The notes under the pieces were generated by a model that searched no databases, had not been told where the DNA came from, and saw only the letters and a program-made list of their open reading frames with translations. From Virgisporangium ochraceum (lineage in GTDB: Bacteria > Actinomycetota > Actinomycetes > Mycobacteriales > Micromonosporaceae), in the NCBI RefSeq assembly GCF_016863655.1, contig NZ_BOPH01000083.1, positions 29,901 to 93,900 on the forward strand: DNA of 64,000 bases, in the 5' to 3' direction. The position numbers and the translations under genes are program-made. How positions within the stretch are numbered: position 1 is the first letter of the stretch; each line of letters begins with the position of its first letter. Shown one piece after another: positions 35,901 to 43,462 of the stretch.

Positions 35901-37668
35901 GCCCGACGCGCGTGCCGCCGCCCAGCTCTACTGGGGCCTGGCCGACCCCGACCCGCGGCTGGCCCACCGGGCGGCGGCCCTGGTGCGCGCCCGCGACACC
36001 GTCGGCGCGGTCGAGGCGGTGCGCGCGTTCGCCGACGACCTGCGCGTGGCGGCACACCGGTTCCTCGCGGACGCGGGGCTGCCCACCGGCGGCGACCTCG
36101 TCGGCGAGTACCTGGTGGAGGAGCTCGCGACCGGACCGTCGTTTGTGGCCAGCGTCGAGGCGCTCGACCTTCTCGAGCGCTTCCGCGCGGACCACGGCGA
36201 CGTGGTCGACCCCGACGACGGTCCCGGCGCCCGGCACCAGATCGCGTCGGCGTGGCTCACCGGGCTCGGCCCGTTCGTCCCCGAGGCGGTGGCGATGCTG
36301 GTGTGCGACGTCGAGCGCGTCCGCGTCGACGCGCCCGTCGTGTCCACAGTGGAGGGTCTGCTCGGCGCGCACCCCCGCGTCGTCGACGGCCGGCTGGAGT
36401 TCCGGCTCGACGACCTGCTCGCCCGCACCCGGGAGCACGAGGTTCACGAGGTGCCGGCCTACCGCGCGTACCGGTCCGCCCGTGCCGAACTGGTCGAGCG
36501 CGAGCGCGACCGGCTGCGCATCGACGAGCACCGGCCGGCGGTGCCGGACTCGTTCGTCCGCAACCGGCTCATCGACGAGGTGTACCTGCCGCTGATCGGT
36601 GACAACCTCGCCCGCCAGCTCGGTACCACCGACCCGGCCGGCGCCACCGAGCGGTCCGGACTACTCGTTCTCGTCTCCCCACCCGGGTACGGCAAGACGA
36701 CGCTCGTCGAGTACGTGGCGAGCCGGCTGGGTCTGCTCCTGGTCACCGTGAACGGTCCCGCGCTCGGCACCGGCACGACGTCGCTCGACCCCGACGGCGC
36801 CCCCGACGCCGCGGCGCGGCAGGAGGTGGAGAAGATCAACCTGGCGCTGGAGCTCGGCACCAACGTGATGCTCTACATCGACGACATCCAGCACACGTCG
36901 CCGGAGCTGCTGCAGCGGTTCGTCCCGCTGTGCGACGCCGGCCGGCGCATCGAGAGCGTCCGTGACGGGCGCGCGGTCACCGTCGACCTGCGCGGTACGC
37001 GGTTCGCGGTGTGCCTGGCCGGCAACCCGTACACCTCGGCCGGACAGCGGTTCCGGCTGCCCGACATGCTCGCCAACCGCGCCGACGTGCTCGACCTCGG
37101 CGAGGTCCTGTCGGGCCGCGACGACCTGTTCGAGGAGAGCTACCTGGAGAACGCCCGGGCCGCACTGTCCACAGAGGACACATCGGCGCTCCTGACGCAC
37201 GTGCGCGACGTGATGCTCGCGGTCAACCGCGCCTACATCGACTCGGCCGCGCAGACCGACGCCAGCCGCACCGAGCCGCCGTTCCTGCTGCAGGGCTCCT
37301 ACCGCGACATGAACGCGATCGCGCGGCGCGTCCACCCCACCATGGACACGGCCGACGTCGACGCGCTCGTCGACGACCACTACGCCGGCGAGGCGCGGAC
37401 GCTCGGCCCCCACGCCGAGGCGAACCTGCTCAAGCTGGCGCTCCTGCGCGGCGGTCACACGCCGGCGCAGGCGGAGCGGTGGGACCACGTGACAGCGGCC
37501 TACCGCCGCCAGCAGCTGCTGGGCGGCTCCGACGACGACCCGGTCGCCCGGGCGGTGGGCGCCATCACCACCCTGACCGACCGCCTGGAGGCGGCGATCC
37601 TGCGGGCGGCGGCCGTCCCACCACCCAACGGCCACCGTATCTACCTCGAGTCCCTGGGCAGCCCGTGA
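32965..37668 (+). CDS. 1567-aa flotillin-associated protein with C-terminal AAA+ ATPase (MoxR/dynein-related AAA_5-like); annotated in databases, if at all, as a 'DNA repair ATPase'-like protein
   Basis: The start overlaps the flotillin stop (GTGA). There is no Arg/Pro low-complexity anywhere in the 1567 aa. The N-terminal ~420 aa is beta-rich and repetitive, the middle ~700 aa is Ala/Glu/Arg helical, and the C-terminus is an AAA+ domain. AAA+ motifs: Walker A LLVLVSPPGYGKTTLVEY, Walker B VMLYIDDIQH, sensor-1 VCLAGNPYT, Arg finger RFRLPDMLANRADVL. Confidence 0.8.
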   Translation: MTGGTSTTVGPDTGAYAVLRARLARHGRDLAKAAEKLDAQRATTFASTALRVLGLERVRTPAPTVARDVVWVGGRLVVGFEGTLAAYTFHREGETFHLTPSGAAWLRDERLHADLAELFRYHRHTRLLRLRVFDDRLLATFQVGPRPTDIRVLRWAVAADGSVSYVDNQGERERAAPPPADVGWTPAGREDQVLVDRRPVLLVDGAIHVSTTGGALTVTPADDRDPVFSEPVDEPLQSLADADVAYARVGALVLLRVRPYREESDRYLAYNTHTREVVRLDGLGRAVRRLPDDRGVVFPGGYCLSAGPARGFDVDDEGMEFERVVRPAGGADLLYVFHARTTGRSLLVPYDVVRDEVVAPIEGTGHALTDDGILLVLKDSGAEPTRTHTVQAWHTPYVDEAAGPAGEGPLARIGNADLVRAVSDCLALARSARDVPESTAAIEALAAAGNRLLDRHHWLGDAALAEAGVGDLRTPVAAVRDAAVRLLDEYERTRVAVAASRAAEDEAAEQVTALVRRAEGERPDSTAGWVGRLAELRAAHGLLAGVRERPHVRPQRIDDLAAALDAATADAGRRAVEFLAAPDAFAPYHARLDGLDAAAREVATGADADAFAERLTAEVDALRAVTDVVGTLDAADTGQRARILEQVGTVLGGLNRTRATLDARVREVRSAESRAAFAAESTLLQQSVTAALALADTPRRCDAEVASLLVRLEDLEARFGSNDWFVAGGGDEEDQQATLAATRAAVTDAFAARKQALLDERARRVDRVAASCERVFAAIAHRSAALSTVEEVRAYFAGDPLVGRLRALAEELRGLDEPVRAVDVAARLVAARQDANRTVRDRADLYDDGGATIRLGAHRFAVTTEPVEVAVLPHGDDLAVTVTGTGYRRPVRDDGLATTRRFWDRPVVSESPTVYRGEYLAASLLPACGPGTDLAALVREAAAARHDEGYVTGVHDHDATAILGALVDARAAAGLLRYPPDARAAAQLYWGLADPDPRLAHRAAALVRARDTVGAVEAVRAFADDLRVAAHRFLADAGLPTGGDLVGEYLVEELATGPSFVASVEALDLLERFRADHGDVVDPDDGPGARHQIASAWLTGLGPFVPEAVAMLVCDVERVRVDAPVVSTVEGLLGAHPRVVDGRLEFRLDDLLARTREHEVHEVPAYRAYRSARAELVERERDRLRIDEHRPAVPDSFVRNRLIDEVYLPLIGDNLARQLGTTDPAGATERSGLLVLVSPPGYGKTTLVEYVASRLGLLLVTVNGPALGTGTTSLDPDGAPDAAARQEVEKINLALELGTNVMLYIDDIQHTSPELLQRFVPLCDAGRRIESVRDGRAVTVDLRGTRFAVCLAGNPYTSAGQRFRLPDMLANRADVLDLGEVLSGRDDLFEESYLENARAALSTEDTSALLTHVRDVMLAVNRAYIDSAAQTDASRTEPPFLLQGSYRDMNAIARRVHPTMDTADVDALVDDHYAGEARTLGPHAEANLLKLALLRGGHTPAQAERWDHVTAAYRRQQLLGGSDDDPVARAVGAITTLTDRLEAAILRAAAVPPPNGHRIYLESLGSP

Positions 37669-37823
37669 CCGCGTTCCGGCCGAGAATGCACGAGCGTTTC
37701 CTCTGGCAGGGCCGGCCGGGTCAGCCGGACCAGCCCGTGTTCCGGGACGTGGCGCACGTCCGGAGAGGGCGCGCCCGGGTGGCGAAGGCACGCCCCCGGG
37801 CCCGCCGGGCGTGGCTGTCCGCC

Positions 37824-37859
37824 TGAGCGGTGCCGGCCGCCGCCGGCCGGCACCGCTCA
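37824..37859. terminator. 16-bp perfect hairpin (TGAGCGGTGCCGGCCG-CCGC-CGGCCGGCACCGCTCA) between convergent genes
   Basis: Lies between the giant ATPase stop (37668) and the stop of the minus-strand gene, which it overlaps at 37857. Confidence 0.5.
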
Positions 37860-38204
37860 GGTCTTCATGAGGTGCAGCAGCCAGTCGGAGCCGGTGCGGA
37901 TCAGGGCGTAGGTCCTCGGGACGCCGCGACCGTGGAGGGTGAAGACGATGCGGCGTTCGTTGCGGTCGACCTCCTCCCACCAGCCGATGTCGGCGATGTC
38001 CTTGTCGGCGTCGGTGTAGGTCAGGTGGTCGAGGTCGTGGTCGGGCACCGCGACCGCCAGCCGGTTGCGCCCGGGGTCGTCGGGAAGGCCGCGCGGCACC
38101 GCCCACGACCGGAGGACGCCGTCCTCCTCCAGGCGCAGGTCGAAGTGGTGCCGCGGCTTGCGGTGCTCGTGCAGCACGAACGTCGTCCGGCCCTGGTCGT
38201 CCAC
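37857..38204 (-). CDS. DNA-ligase-D 3'-phosphoesterase-like (DNA polymerase ligase N-terminal domain) small protein
   Basis: Motifs HHFDLRLE..VLRSWAVPRGLP and GRGV characteristic of standalone LigD_PE-like proteins. Convergent with the giant ATPase gene, separated by a hairpin. Confidence 0.6.
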   Translation of the reverse strand: MDDQGRTTFVLHEHRKPRHHFDLRLEEDGVLRSWAVPRGLPDDPGRNRLAVAVPDHDLDHLTYTDADKDIADIGWWEEVDRNERRIVFTLHGRGVPRTYALIRTGSDWLLHLMKT

Positions 38205-38262
38205 GGCTCCCAGTCTGCCCCCTCGCGGAGGGGCGGAACCGGCATGGTAGAAAGTATCGATA

Positions 38263-39090
38263 ATGGGCGATCAGCGTAGGCTCGACCCGTCGCGGCCGCA
38301 CGCGGCGCGGCGGTACAACTACTGGCTGGGCGGCAAGGACCACTTCCAGGCCGACCGCGACTCCGCGGCGATGATCGAGCAGTTCATGCCGTCGGTGGCC
38401 ATCGGGGCCCGCGAGAACCGCAGGTTCCACGGCCGGGCGGTGCGGTACCTCGCCGACGCCGGGATCCGCCAGTTCCTCGACATCGGCTGCGGCCTGCCGG
38501 CACCCGACAACACCCACGAGATCGCCCAGGCGGTCGACCCGACGGCGCGGGTCGTCTACGTCGACAACGACCCGCTCGTGCTGGCCCACGCGCGTGCCCT
38601 GCTCCAGGGGACCCCGGAGGGCCGCACCGCGTACATCGACGCCGATCTGCGGCAGCCCGAACGGATCATCAACAGCCCCGAGGTCTTCGCGACGCTCGAC
38701 CTCGACCAGCCGGTCGGCATCCTGCTGGTGGCGGTGCTCCACTTCATGCTCGACGAGGACGAGCCGTACGAGATCGTGCGGCGCCTCGTCGACGCGGTCC
38801 CCCCGGGCAGCTACCTGGTGCTCAGCAACGCGACCACCGACTTCATGCCACCCGAGCACGTCGCGATGTACGACGCGGCGAACGCCCGGGCCGAGCGGCG
38901 GGAGGACCGGGCGCAGTTGCGGTCGAAGGAGGAGGTCGCGCGCTTCTTCGACGGCCTCGACCTGGTGCCACCGGGAATCTGCTGCCCGGTCGACTGGCGC
39001 CCGACCGACCCGCAGGCCCCGCGGCCCGGCCCTACCGAGGTCTTCGCGCACGCCGGCGTAGCGAGGATCCCTCAGCGCAGCGCCTCGTAG
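38263..39090 (+). CDS. SAM-dependent methyltransferase (DUF574 family)
   Basis: Motifs YNYWLGGKDHF, IRQFLDIGCGLP and VVYVDNDP. Confidence 0.75.
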   Translation: MGDQRRLDPSRPHAARRYNYWLGGKDHFQADRDSAAMIEQFMPSVAIGARENRRFHGRAVRYLADAGIRQFLDIGCGLPAPDNTHEIAQAVDPTARVVYVDNDPLVLAHARALLQGTPEGRTAYIDADLRQPERIINSPEVFATLDLDQPVGILLVAVLHFMLDEDEPYEIVRRLVDAVPPGSYLVLSNATTDFMPPEHVAMYDAANARAERREDRAQLRSKEEVARFFDGLDLVPPGICCPVDWRPTDPQAPRPGPTEVFAHAGVARIPQRSAS

Positions 39091-39551
39091 TACGCCTTCA
39101 TCGACGGGTAGTAGTCGTCGAAGACGGGTGCCGGCCCGCCCTCGCGCGAGGCGACCAGCGCGTCGAGGTAGAACTCCCAGCCCGGTCCGAACTCGCCGAC
39201 GCCCTCGGTGTCGGTGAGGTGCTGGGTGAACCGCAGCTCGGTGACGCCCGCGGACCCGGTGAGCTCCAGCGACAGGTGCCAGCTGCCGTAGTCGTTCACC
39301 GCCGACAGCGCCAGCCGGTGCGGCGGCTCGCACGCGTCGATCGTCATGGCCTCCCAGGGCTGGCCCTCCTCCTGGACCAGCTGGACCTCGATCTTGCCGC
39401 CCGGAGCCGCGTCGCCCCGCCAGGGGCCGTACCAGCGGGCCGTGCGGTCGGACTCGGTGAGGCTCGCCCAGACGTCCTCGACGGGCGCGCGGAACGTGCG
39501 GGTCAGCACGAGGTCGCGGCCGAGCAGCCGGCCGGTGGGTGTCAGGGTCAT
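39072..39551 (-). CDS. SRPBCC-family protein (AHSA1/activator-of-Hsp90-ATPase-like)
   Basis: ATG at MTLTPTGRLLGRDLVLTRTF within ORF 39072..39680. Motif FRAPVEDVWASLTESDRTARWYGPW. Overlaps the ArsR stop (ATGA). Confidence 0.75.
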   Translation of the reverse strand: MTLTPTGRLLGRDLVLTRTFRAPVEDVWASLTESDRTARWYGPWRGDAAPGGKIEVQLVQEEGQPWEAMTIDACEPPHRLALSAVNDYGSWHLSLELTGSAGVTELRFTQHLTDTEGVGEFGPGWEFYLDALVASREGGPAPVFDDYYPSMKAYYEALR

Positions 39552-39910
39552 GCGGTCTTCTCCTGTCGTTCGGAACCCGGTGCGGCGGCGCGCCGCTCGC
39601 GACGGGTGCGGTAGACCTCGGTCTCCAGGGCGTCGAAGGCCCGTTCCCAGGCCGACGGGGCGGTGAGCCGCTCCAGCCAACCGGCCAGCTCGGCGAGCGG
39701 CCCGGTGACCAGGGTGTAGACCCGGTGCCGGCCGTCGACCGTGTCACGCACCAGGCCGGCCTCGCGCAGCACCCGCAGGTGCCGGCTGACGGCGGGCCGG
39801 CTGATGTCGAACCGGTCGGCGATCTCGCCGGCCGACAGCCGCTCCCCGTGCAGCATCTGCAGGATCTCGCGCCGTACCGGGTCGGCGATCGCGCCCGCCA
39901 CCTCGTCCAC
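39548..39910 (-). CDS. ArsR/SmtB-family transcriptional regulator
   Basis: GTG start. HTH (LSAGEIADRFDISRPAVSRHLRVLREAGLV). A perfect 16-bp palindrome lies 11 bp upstream. Confidence 0.85.
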   Translation of the reverse strand: MDEVAGAIADPVRREILQMLHGERLSAGEIADRFDISRPAVSRHLRVLREAGLVRDTVDGRHRVYTLVTGPLAELAGWLERLTAPSAWERAFDALETEVYRTRRERRAAAPGSERQEKTA

Positions 39911-39920
39911 GCCGGAAAGC

Positions 39921-39936
39921 GTAACCTATAGGTTAC
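39921..39936. promoter_or_regulatory. ArsR/SmtB-type operator: perfect 16-bp palindrome GTAACCTATAGGTTAC
   Basis: The sequence equals its reverse complement. It lies 11 bp upstream of the ArsR GTG, inside a 29-bp intergenic gap. Confidence 0.6.
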
Positions 39937-39939
39937 ACG

Positions 39940-40356
39940 TCAGGCCAGCCCGGACCCGGAGAACGTCGACCGGAACTCCGGCCAGGCGTCGCGCAGGTAG
40001 AGCGCGAACGGCACCCACCACACCAGGTCGTTGGTGATGATCATGATGACCGTGTCGGCCGGCCAGGTTCCCGTGGCGATCAGCCACGCCAGTCCCACCG
40101 GTCCGAGGATCTTGCCCGTGAGCCCGACGGCCGCGACCGGCCAGCCGGCCTCTGGCCGGCGGGCCACCTCCAGGTACAGCAGGCCGTACAGGCCCAGCAC
40201 CATGCCGAGACACGCGAAGATCTGCGGCGAGTTCGACAGCGGCAGGCCCGTGACCCGGTGGAACCACTGCGGGTCGAGCACCGCGTAGCAGCCCCAGGCG
40301 ATGTTGTACGCCCCGGCCAGGGCGAACGTGACCCGGTGCAGGCGCCGGCGCCGCAT
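39940..40356 (-). CDS. small integral membrane protein (DUF, 3-4 TM)
   Basis: C-terminal 138 aa of ORF 39940..40737, from MRRRRLHRVTFALAGAYNIAWG. The upstream portion of the ORF is Arg-rich artefact. Confidence 0.5.
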   Translation of the reverse strand: MRRRRLHRVTFALAGAYNIAWGCYAVLDPQWFHRVTGLPLSNSPQIFACLGMVLGLYGLLYLEVARRPEAGWPVAAVGLTGKILGPVGLAWLIATGTWPADTVIMIITNDLVWWVPFALYLRDAWPEFRSTFSGSGLA

Positions 40357-40682
40357 CAGTACGCGATCCCGATGTCGCGGTGGAACGTCTCCGGCCGGTC
40401 GAGCACGGCCAGCATGTGGTGCGCGACGTCGGCGCGCGCGATGAACGCGCCACCGCGGACGTTGCGCCCGACGGCGGTCCGGTAGCCGCGGCACAGCCGC
40501 ACCTCCAGCAGCCGGGGCGGGCGCGACACGGTCCAGTCGAGGTCGCTGTCGCGCAGCACGTCCTCCATCAGCGTGCCGCGGCGGGTCCGCACGACGACAG
40601 TCACGTCGTGACCGGCCGCGACGGCCTGCCGCAGCAGGTGCCGGCCGACGCCGCCGGTCGCGGCCAGGATGGTGAGCTTCAC
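40356..40682 (-). pseudogene. NAD(P)H-binding (NmrA/SDR-like) protein remnant with an internal deletion of ~90 aa
   Basis: GTG at VKLTILAATGGVGRHLLRQAVAAGHDVTVVVR gives an N-terminal Rossmann fold that joins directly to C-terminal motifs (LDWTVSRPPRL...RADVAHHMLAVL). The product is 108 aa against ~210 aa for intact homologs. Confidence 0.45.
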
Positions 40683-40764
40683 GCGGCCCAGTCTGCGAGG
40701 TGCGTTCAACGCCGTCGTGGCGGCCGCATCCCGACAACCGGCCCGATATGGGACGCTGCGGTAC

Positions 40765-41595
40765 ATGCCGCTACATCCTGCAGACAGCCACGTGCACAGC
40801 GAATGGTCCTGGGACGCGCGTGCGGGCGCGATGGAGAGCACCTGCGCCCGCGCGGTCGAGCTCGGGCTGCCGGCCATCGCGTTCACCGAGCACCTCGACC
40901 ACACCGTCTGGATCCCCGAGGCCATCGACGACGGGTTCCCGGTGTCGCTGCTGGCACCCGACGGGTCGCTGACGCCGCCGAGGTTCGACGCGGTGGGCTA
41001 CCTCGAGGCCATCGAGCGGTGCCGGCACCTGTTCCCGGACCTGCGGATCCTCAGCGGTCTCGAGGTCGGCGAGCCGCACCGGCACGCCGACGCGCTCGCC
41101 GCCGTGCTCGCCGTCGGCGACTTCGACCGGGTGCTGGGCTCGCTGCACTGCCTGCCGGTCGGCGACGTCTATTTCGAGCCGCCCGGGCTGCTGCGCCGGA
41201 TGACGGCCGGGGACATGGTGCGGCGGTACCTGGCGGAGGTGGCGCGGGCGGTCTCCGGCAGCCACCCCTTCGCGGTGCTGGCGCACGTCGACTACCCGTT
41301 CCGGTACTGGACCGGTCCCGTCGACATCACCCCGTTCGAGGAGGAGTTCCGGCACGCGTTGCGGGCCACCGCCGACTCCGGGCGGGTGCTGGAGGTCAAC
41401 TCGTGCCTCCCGTCGCTGCAGCCGACGATCCTGCGGTGGTGGCGCGAGGAGGGCGGCACCGCGATCACCATCGGCAGCGACGCGCACGAGCCCGACGAGC
41501 TCGCGCGGAACTTCCGCGAGGTGGCCGCGACGGCCGAGGCGCACGGGTTCCGTCCCGGCCAGAAGCTCTACGAACCGTGGACACACACCGGATGA
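40765..41595 (+). CDS. PHP-domain (histidinol-phosphatase-type) metal-dependent phosphoesterase
   Basis: Likely start at MPLHPADSHVHSEWSWDA within ORF 40669..41595. PHP motifs: His pairs and GSDAHEP. Confidence 0.75.
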   Translation: MPLHPADSHVHSEWSWDARAGAMESTCARAVELGLPAIAFTEHLDHTVWIPEAIDDGFPVSLLAPDGSLTPPRFDAVGYLEAIERCRHLFPDLRILSGLEVGEPHRHADALAAVLAVGDFDRVLGSLHCLPVGDVYFEPPGLLRRMTAGDMVRRYLAEVARAVSGSHPFAVLAHVDYPFRYWTGPVDITPFEEEFRHALRATADSGRVLEVNSCLPSLQPTILRWWREEGGTAITIGSDAHEPDELARNFREVAATAEAHGFRPGQKLYEPWTHTG

Positions 41596-41644
41596 CGATC
41601 ATGGCTGTGCCCGCCGGGCGGTAGGACGTCGGATAACCGCGGCG

Positions 41645-42310
41645 TCAGGAGGGCGGCGGCACCGTCCACGCGTGGACGTCGCCGACCGGGCGGTACAGCA
41701 CCATCGTCGGTCGCTTGCCCTTCGGGACCGGCAGCGTGATCCAGCCCCGCGCGCACTGGCCGGCCGGAACGGCGGCTCCGTCGGGGTACCGCGGCTCCTC
41801 GAAACCGGGGAACGTGCGCGTTCCGATGCTGGCCGTCGTCCCGTCTGCGAACGCCACCGACCACACCGACCACCCGGCGACGTACTCGAGCCCGCGCGGC
41901 AGCGTCCGGGGGCACGTCCGCACCTCGGCCGCCGCCCACTCGTGGCCGGGTCGGTCGGGGTCCGGGCAGGCCGACCCGGCCGGCTGCTTGTAGTCGAAGA
42001 CCGTGACCTCCAGGTCGAACCCGGTGCCGACGGTCGACCGGGGCTGGCCGAACGCGACCGGCGCCGGCAGACCGGCGGGTGCCGGGTCGGTGTTCGCGGG
42101 TGGTCCTCCGGTGCCCTCCGGCGCGGGGCAGGTGCCGGTCGACGCGGCCGCGCCGGGTCCGGACGCGCCGGACCCCGCCGCATTGGGCCGCGCCGCATGG
42201 GGCCCCGCCGCGTCGGACCCGCCCCCGTCGCAGGCCGCCAGCGCGGTCGCGACCAGCGCGGTGACGGCGGCGAACGCCACCCGCCATCCATCTGCTCCAC
42301 TCGATGCCAC
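41645..42310 (-). CDS. lipoprotein, function unknown
   Basis: C-terminal 221 aa of ORF 41645..43201. GTG start with lipobox (ATALAAC) and a Gly/Ala/Pro linker, followed by a beta-rich domain. Lies 11 bp downstream of the esterase gene. Confidence 0.5.
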   Translation of the reverse strand: MASSGADGWRVAFAAVTALVATALAACDGGGSDAAGPHAARPNAAGSGASGPGAAASTGTCPAPEGTGGPPANTDPAPAGLPAPVAFGQPRSTVGTGFDLEVTVFDYKQPAGSACPDPDRPGHEWAAAEVRTCPRTLPRGLEYVAGWSVWSVAFADGTTASIGTRTFPGFEEPRYPDGAAVPAGQCARGWITLPVPKGKRPTMVLYRPVGDVHAWTVPPPS

Positions 42311-42321
42311 GGACGGGCAGC

Positions 42322-43452
42322 CTAGCGGGGTGCGACCTCCCTGACGAACACGACCGCGTCGGTCGTGGGCAGGCCGGCCGGGTCGAGGGCGGAGTAGCCG
42401 TGGTACGGCGACGTCCGCGGCACCAGCCCCGGGCCGGCCACGGAGCGGGCGTCCACCACGAAGCTGTCGCCGGGACGGGCGTACAGCAGGCCCTCCACCG
42501 TGTCCGGGGGCGGGGCGTCGACACCGTGGTGGCGCAGCGTGCCGATCGCCGTCGCCAGGAACGCGTACCGCTCCCCCAGCCGGTCGGCGACCAGCGCGCC
42601 GGCGCCCCACCACGCCACCTCCTGCTCGCCCATGCGCATCGTGCTCCTCGCCCGCTGCAGGTGGCCGTTGTGCGCGTGCACCAGGGTCGGGCCCTCCCCG
42701 GCGAGGGCGAGCAGGTTGGCGGCCATCATCGCGGCGCGCGCGGTCACCAGCCGGGTCAGCCGGGCGGGCGAGTCGTCGGCGAGCCAGCGGTGGTACCGCA
42801 GGAGACCGGTGGCTGTGCGGGCGTACAGGTCGTCCTCCGGTGAGACCGGTAGCTGCGCGTGGAGCAGGGTCACCAGGTCGTCGGCGAGCAGCCGCAGCCG
42901 GTCGGCCTCCGGCGAGCGCCCCACCGACCGGGACGGGTCGCGCATCGCACCGGGGTCGGCCCAGCGGTCGTCGGCGCCGAGGAGGTCGTCGAGGTCGCCG
43001 GCGGTGCACGGAAGGGAGTCGACCCGGTCGGCGAGGCTCGCGTGCAGGGCCATCAACGCGTGGCGCGGGCTCTGCGCGCCGGTCATCTCCAGCGGGCCGT
43101 CGAACCCGGCGAACCGCACGTGCTCCGCCGGAGGCCGGGCCTCGTTGTGCGACCGCATCCAGCGGACCAGGTCGCGGTTGCCCGCGGACGCGTTGAACCA
43201 CCGGTGGCTGAAGCCGCGCTCCATCACGTCGTCGAGGTCGCCGTCGCCGGTCCGGACGTAGTCGTCGACGATCCCGGCCAGCAGGCAGTCGCTCTCGATC
43301 GCGACCGTGCGGTAGCCCTCCCGCTCCACGAGCTGGCGGAAGAGCCCGTTGCGCACGTCGAGGAGGGTCCCCTCGCCGTGCACCGGCTCACCGAGGGCGA
43401 GCATTCGCGGTGGGACCGGCAGCAGCGCGGTCACGGCAGCGGCGTCGACCAT
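42322..43452 (-). CDS. erythromycin-esterase-family (EreA-like) protein
   Basis: 376-aa ORF with EreA/ChaN-like motifs: HGEGTLLDVRNGLFRQLVEREGYRTVAIESD and LVHAHNGHLQR. Confidence 0.8.
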   Translation of the reverse strand: MVDAAAVTALLPVPPRMLALGEPVHGEGTLLDVRNGLFRQLVEREGYRTVAIESDCLLAGIVDDYVRTGDGDLDDVMERGFSHRWFNASAGNRDLVRWMRSHNEARPPAEHVRFAGFDGPLEMTGAQSPRHALMALHASLADRVDSLPCTAGDLDDLLGADDRWADPGAMRDPSRSVGRSPEADRLRLLADDLVTLLHAQLPVSPEDDLYARTATGLLRYHRWLADDSPARLTRLVTARAAMMAANLLALAGEGPTLVHAHNGHLQRARSTMRMGEQEVAWWGAGALVADRLGERYAFLATAIGTLRHHGVDAPPPDTVEGLLYARPGDSFVVDARSVAGPGLVPRTSPYHGYSALDPAGLPTTDAVVFVREVAPR

Positions 43453-43462
43453 GCCCTGAACG

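Noticed and set aside
41645-43201. 518-aa ORF upstream extension of the lipoprotein gene
   Set aside because: The N-terminal 300 aa are Arg/Pro/Gly-rich and overlap the EreA-like gene out of frame. Only the C-terminal 221 aa from a GTG with a lipobox are coherent.
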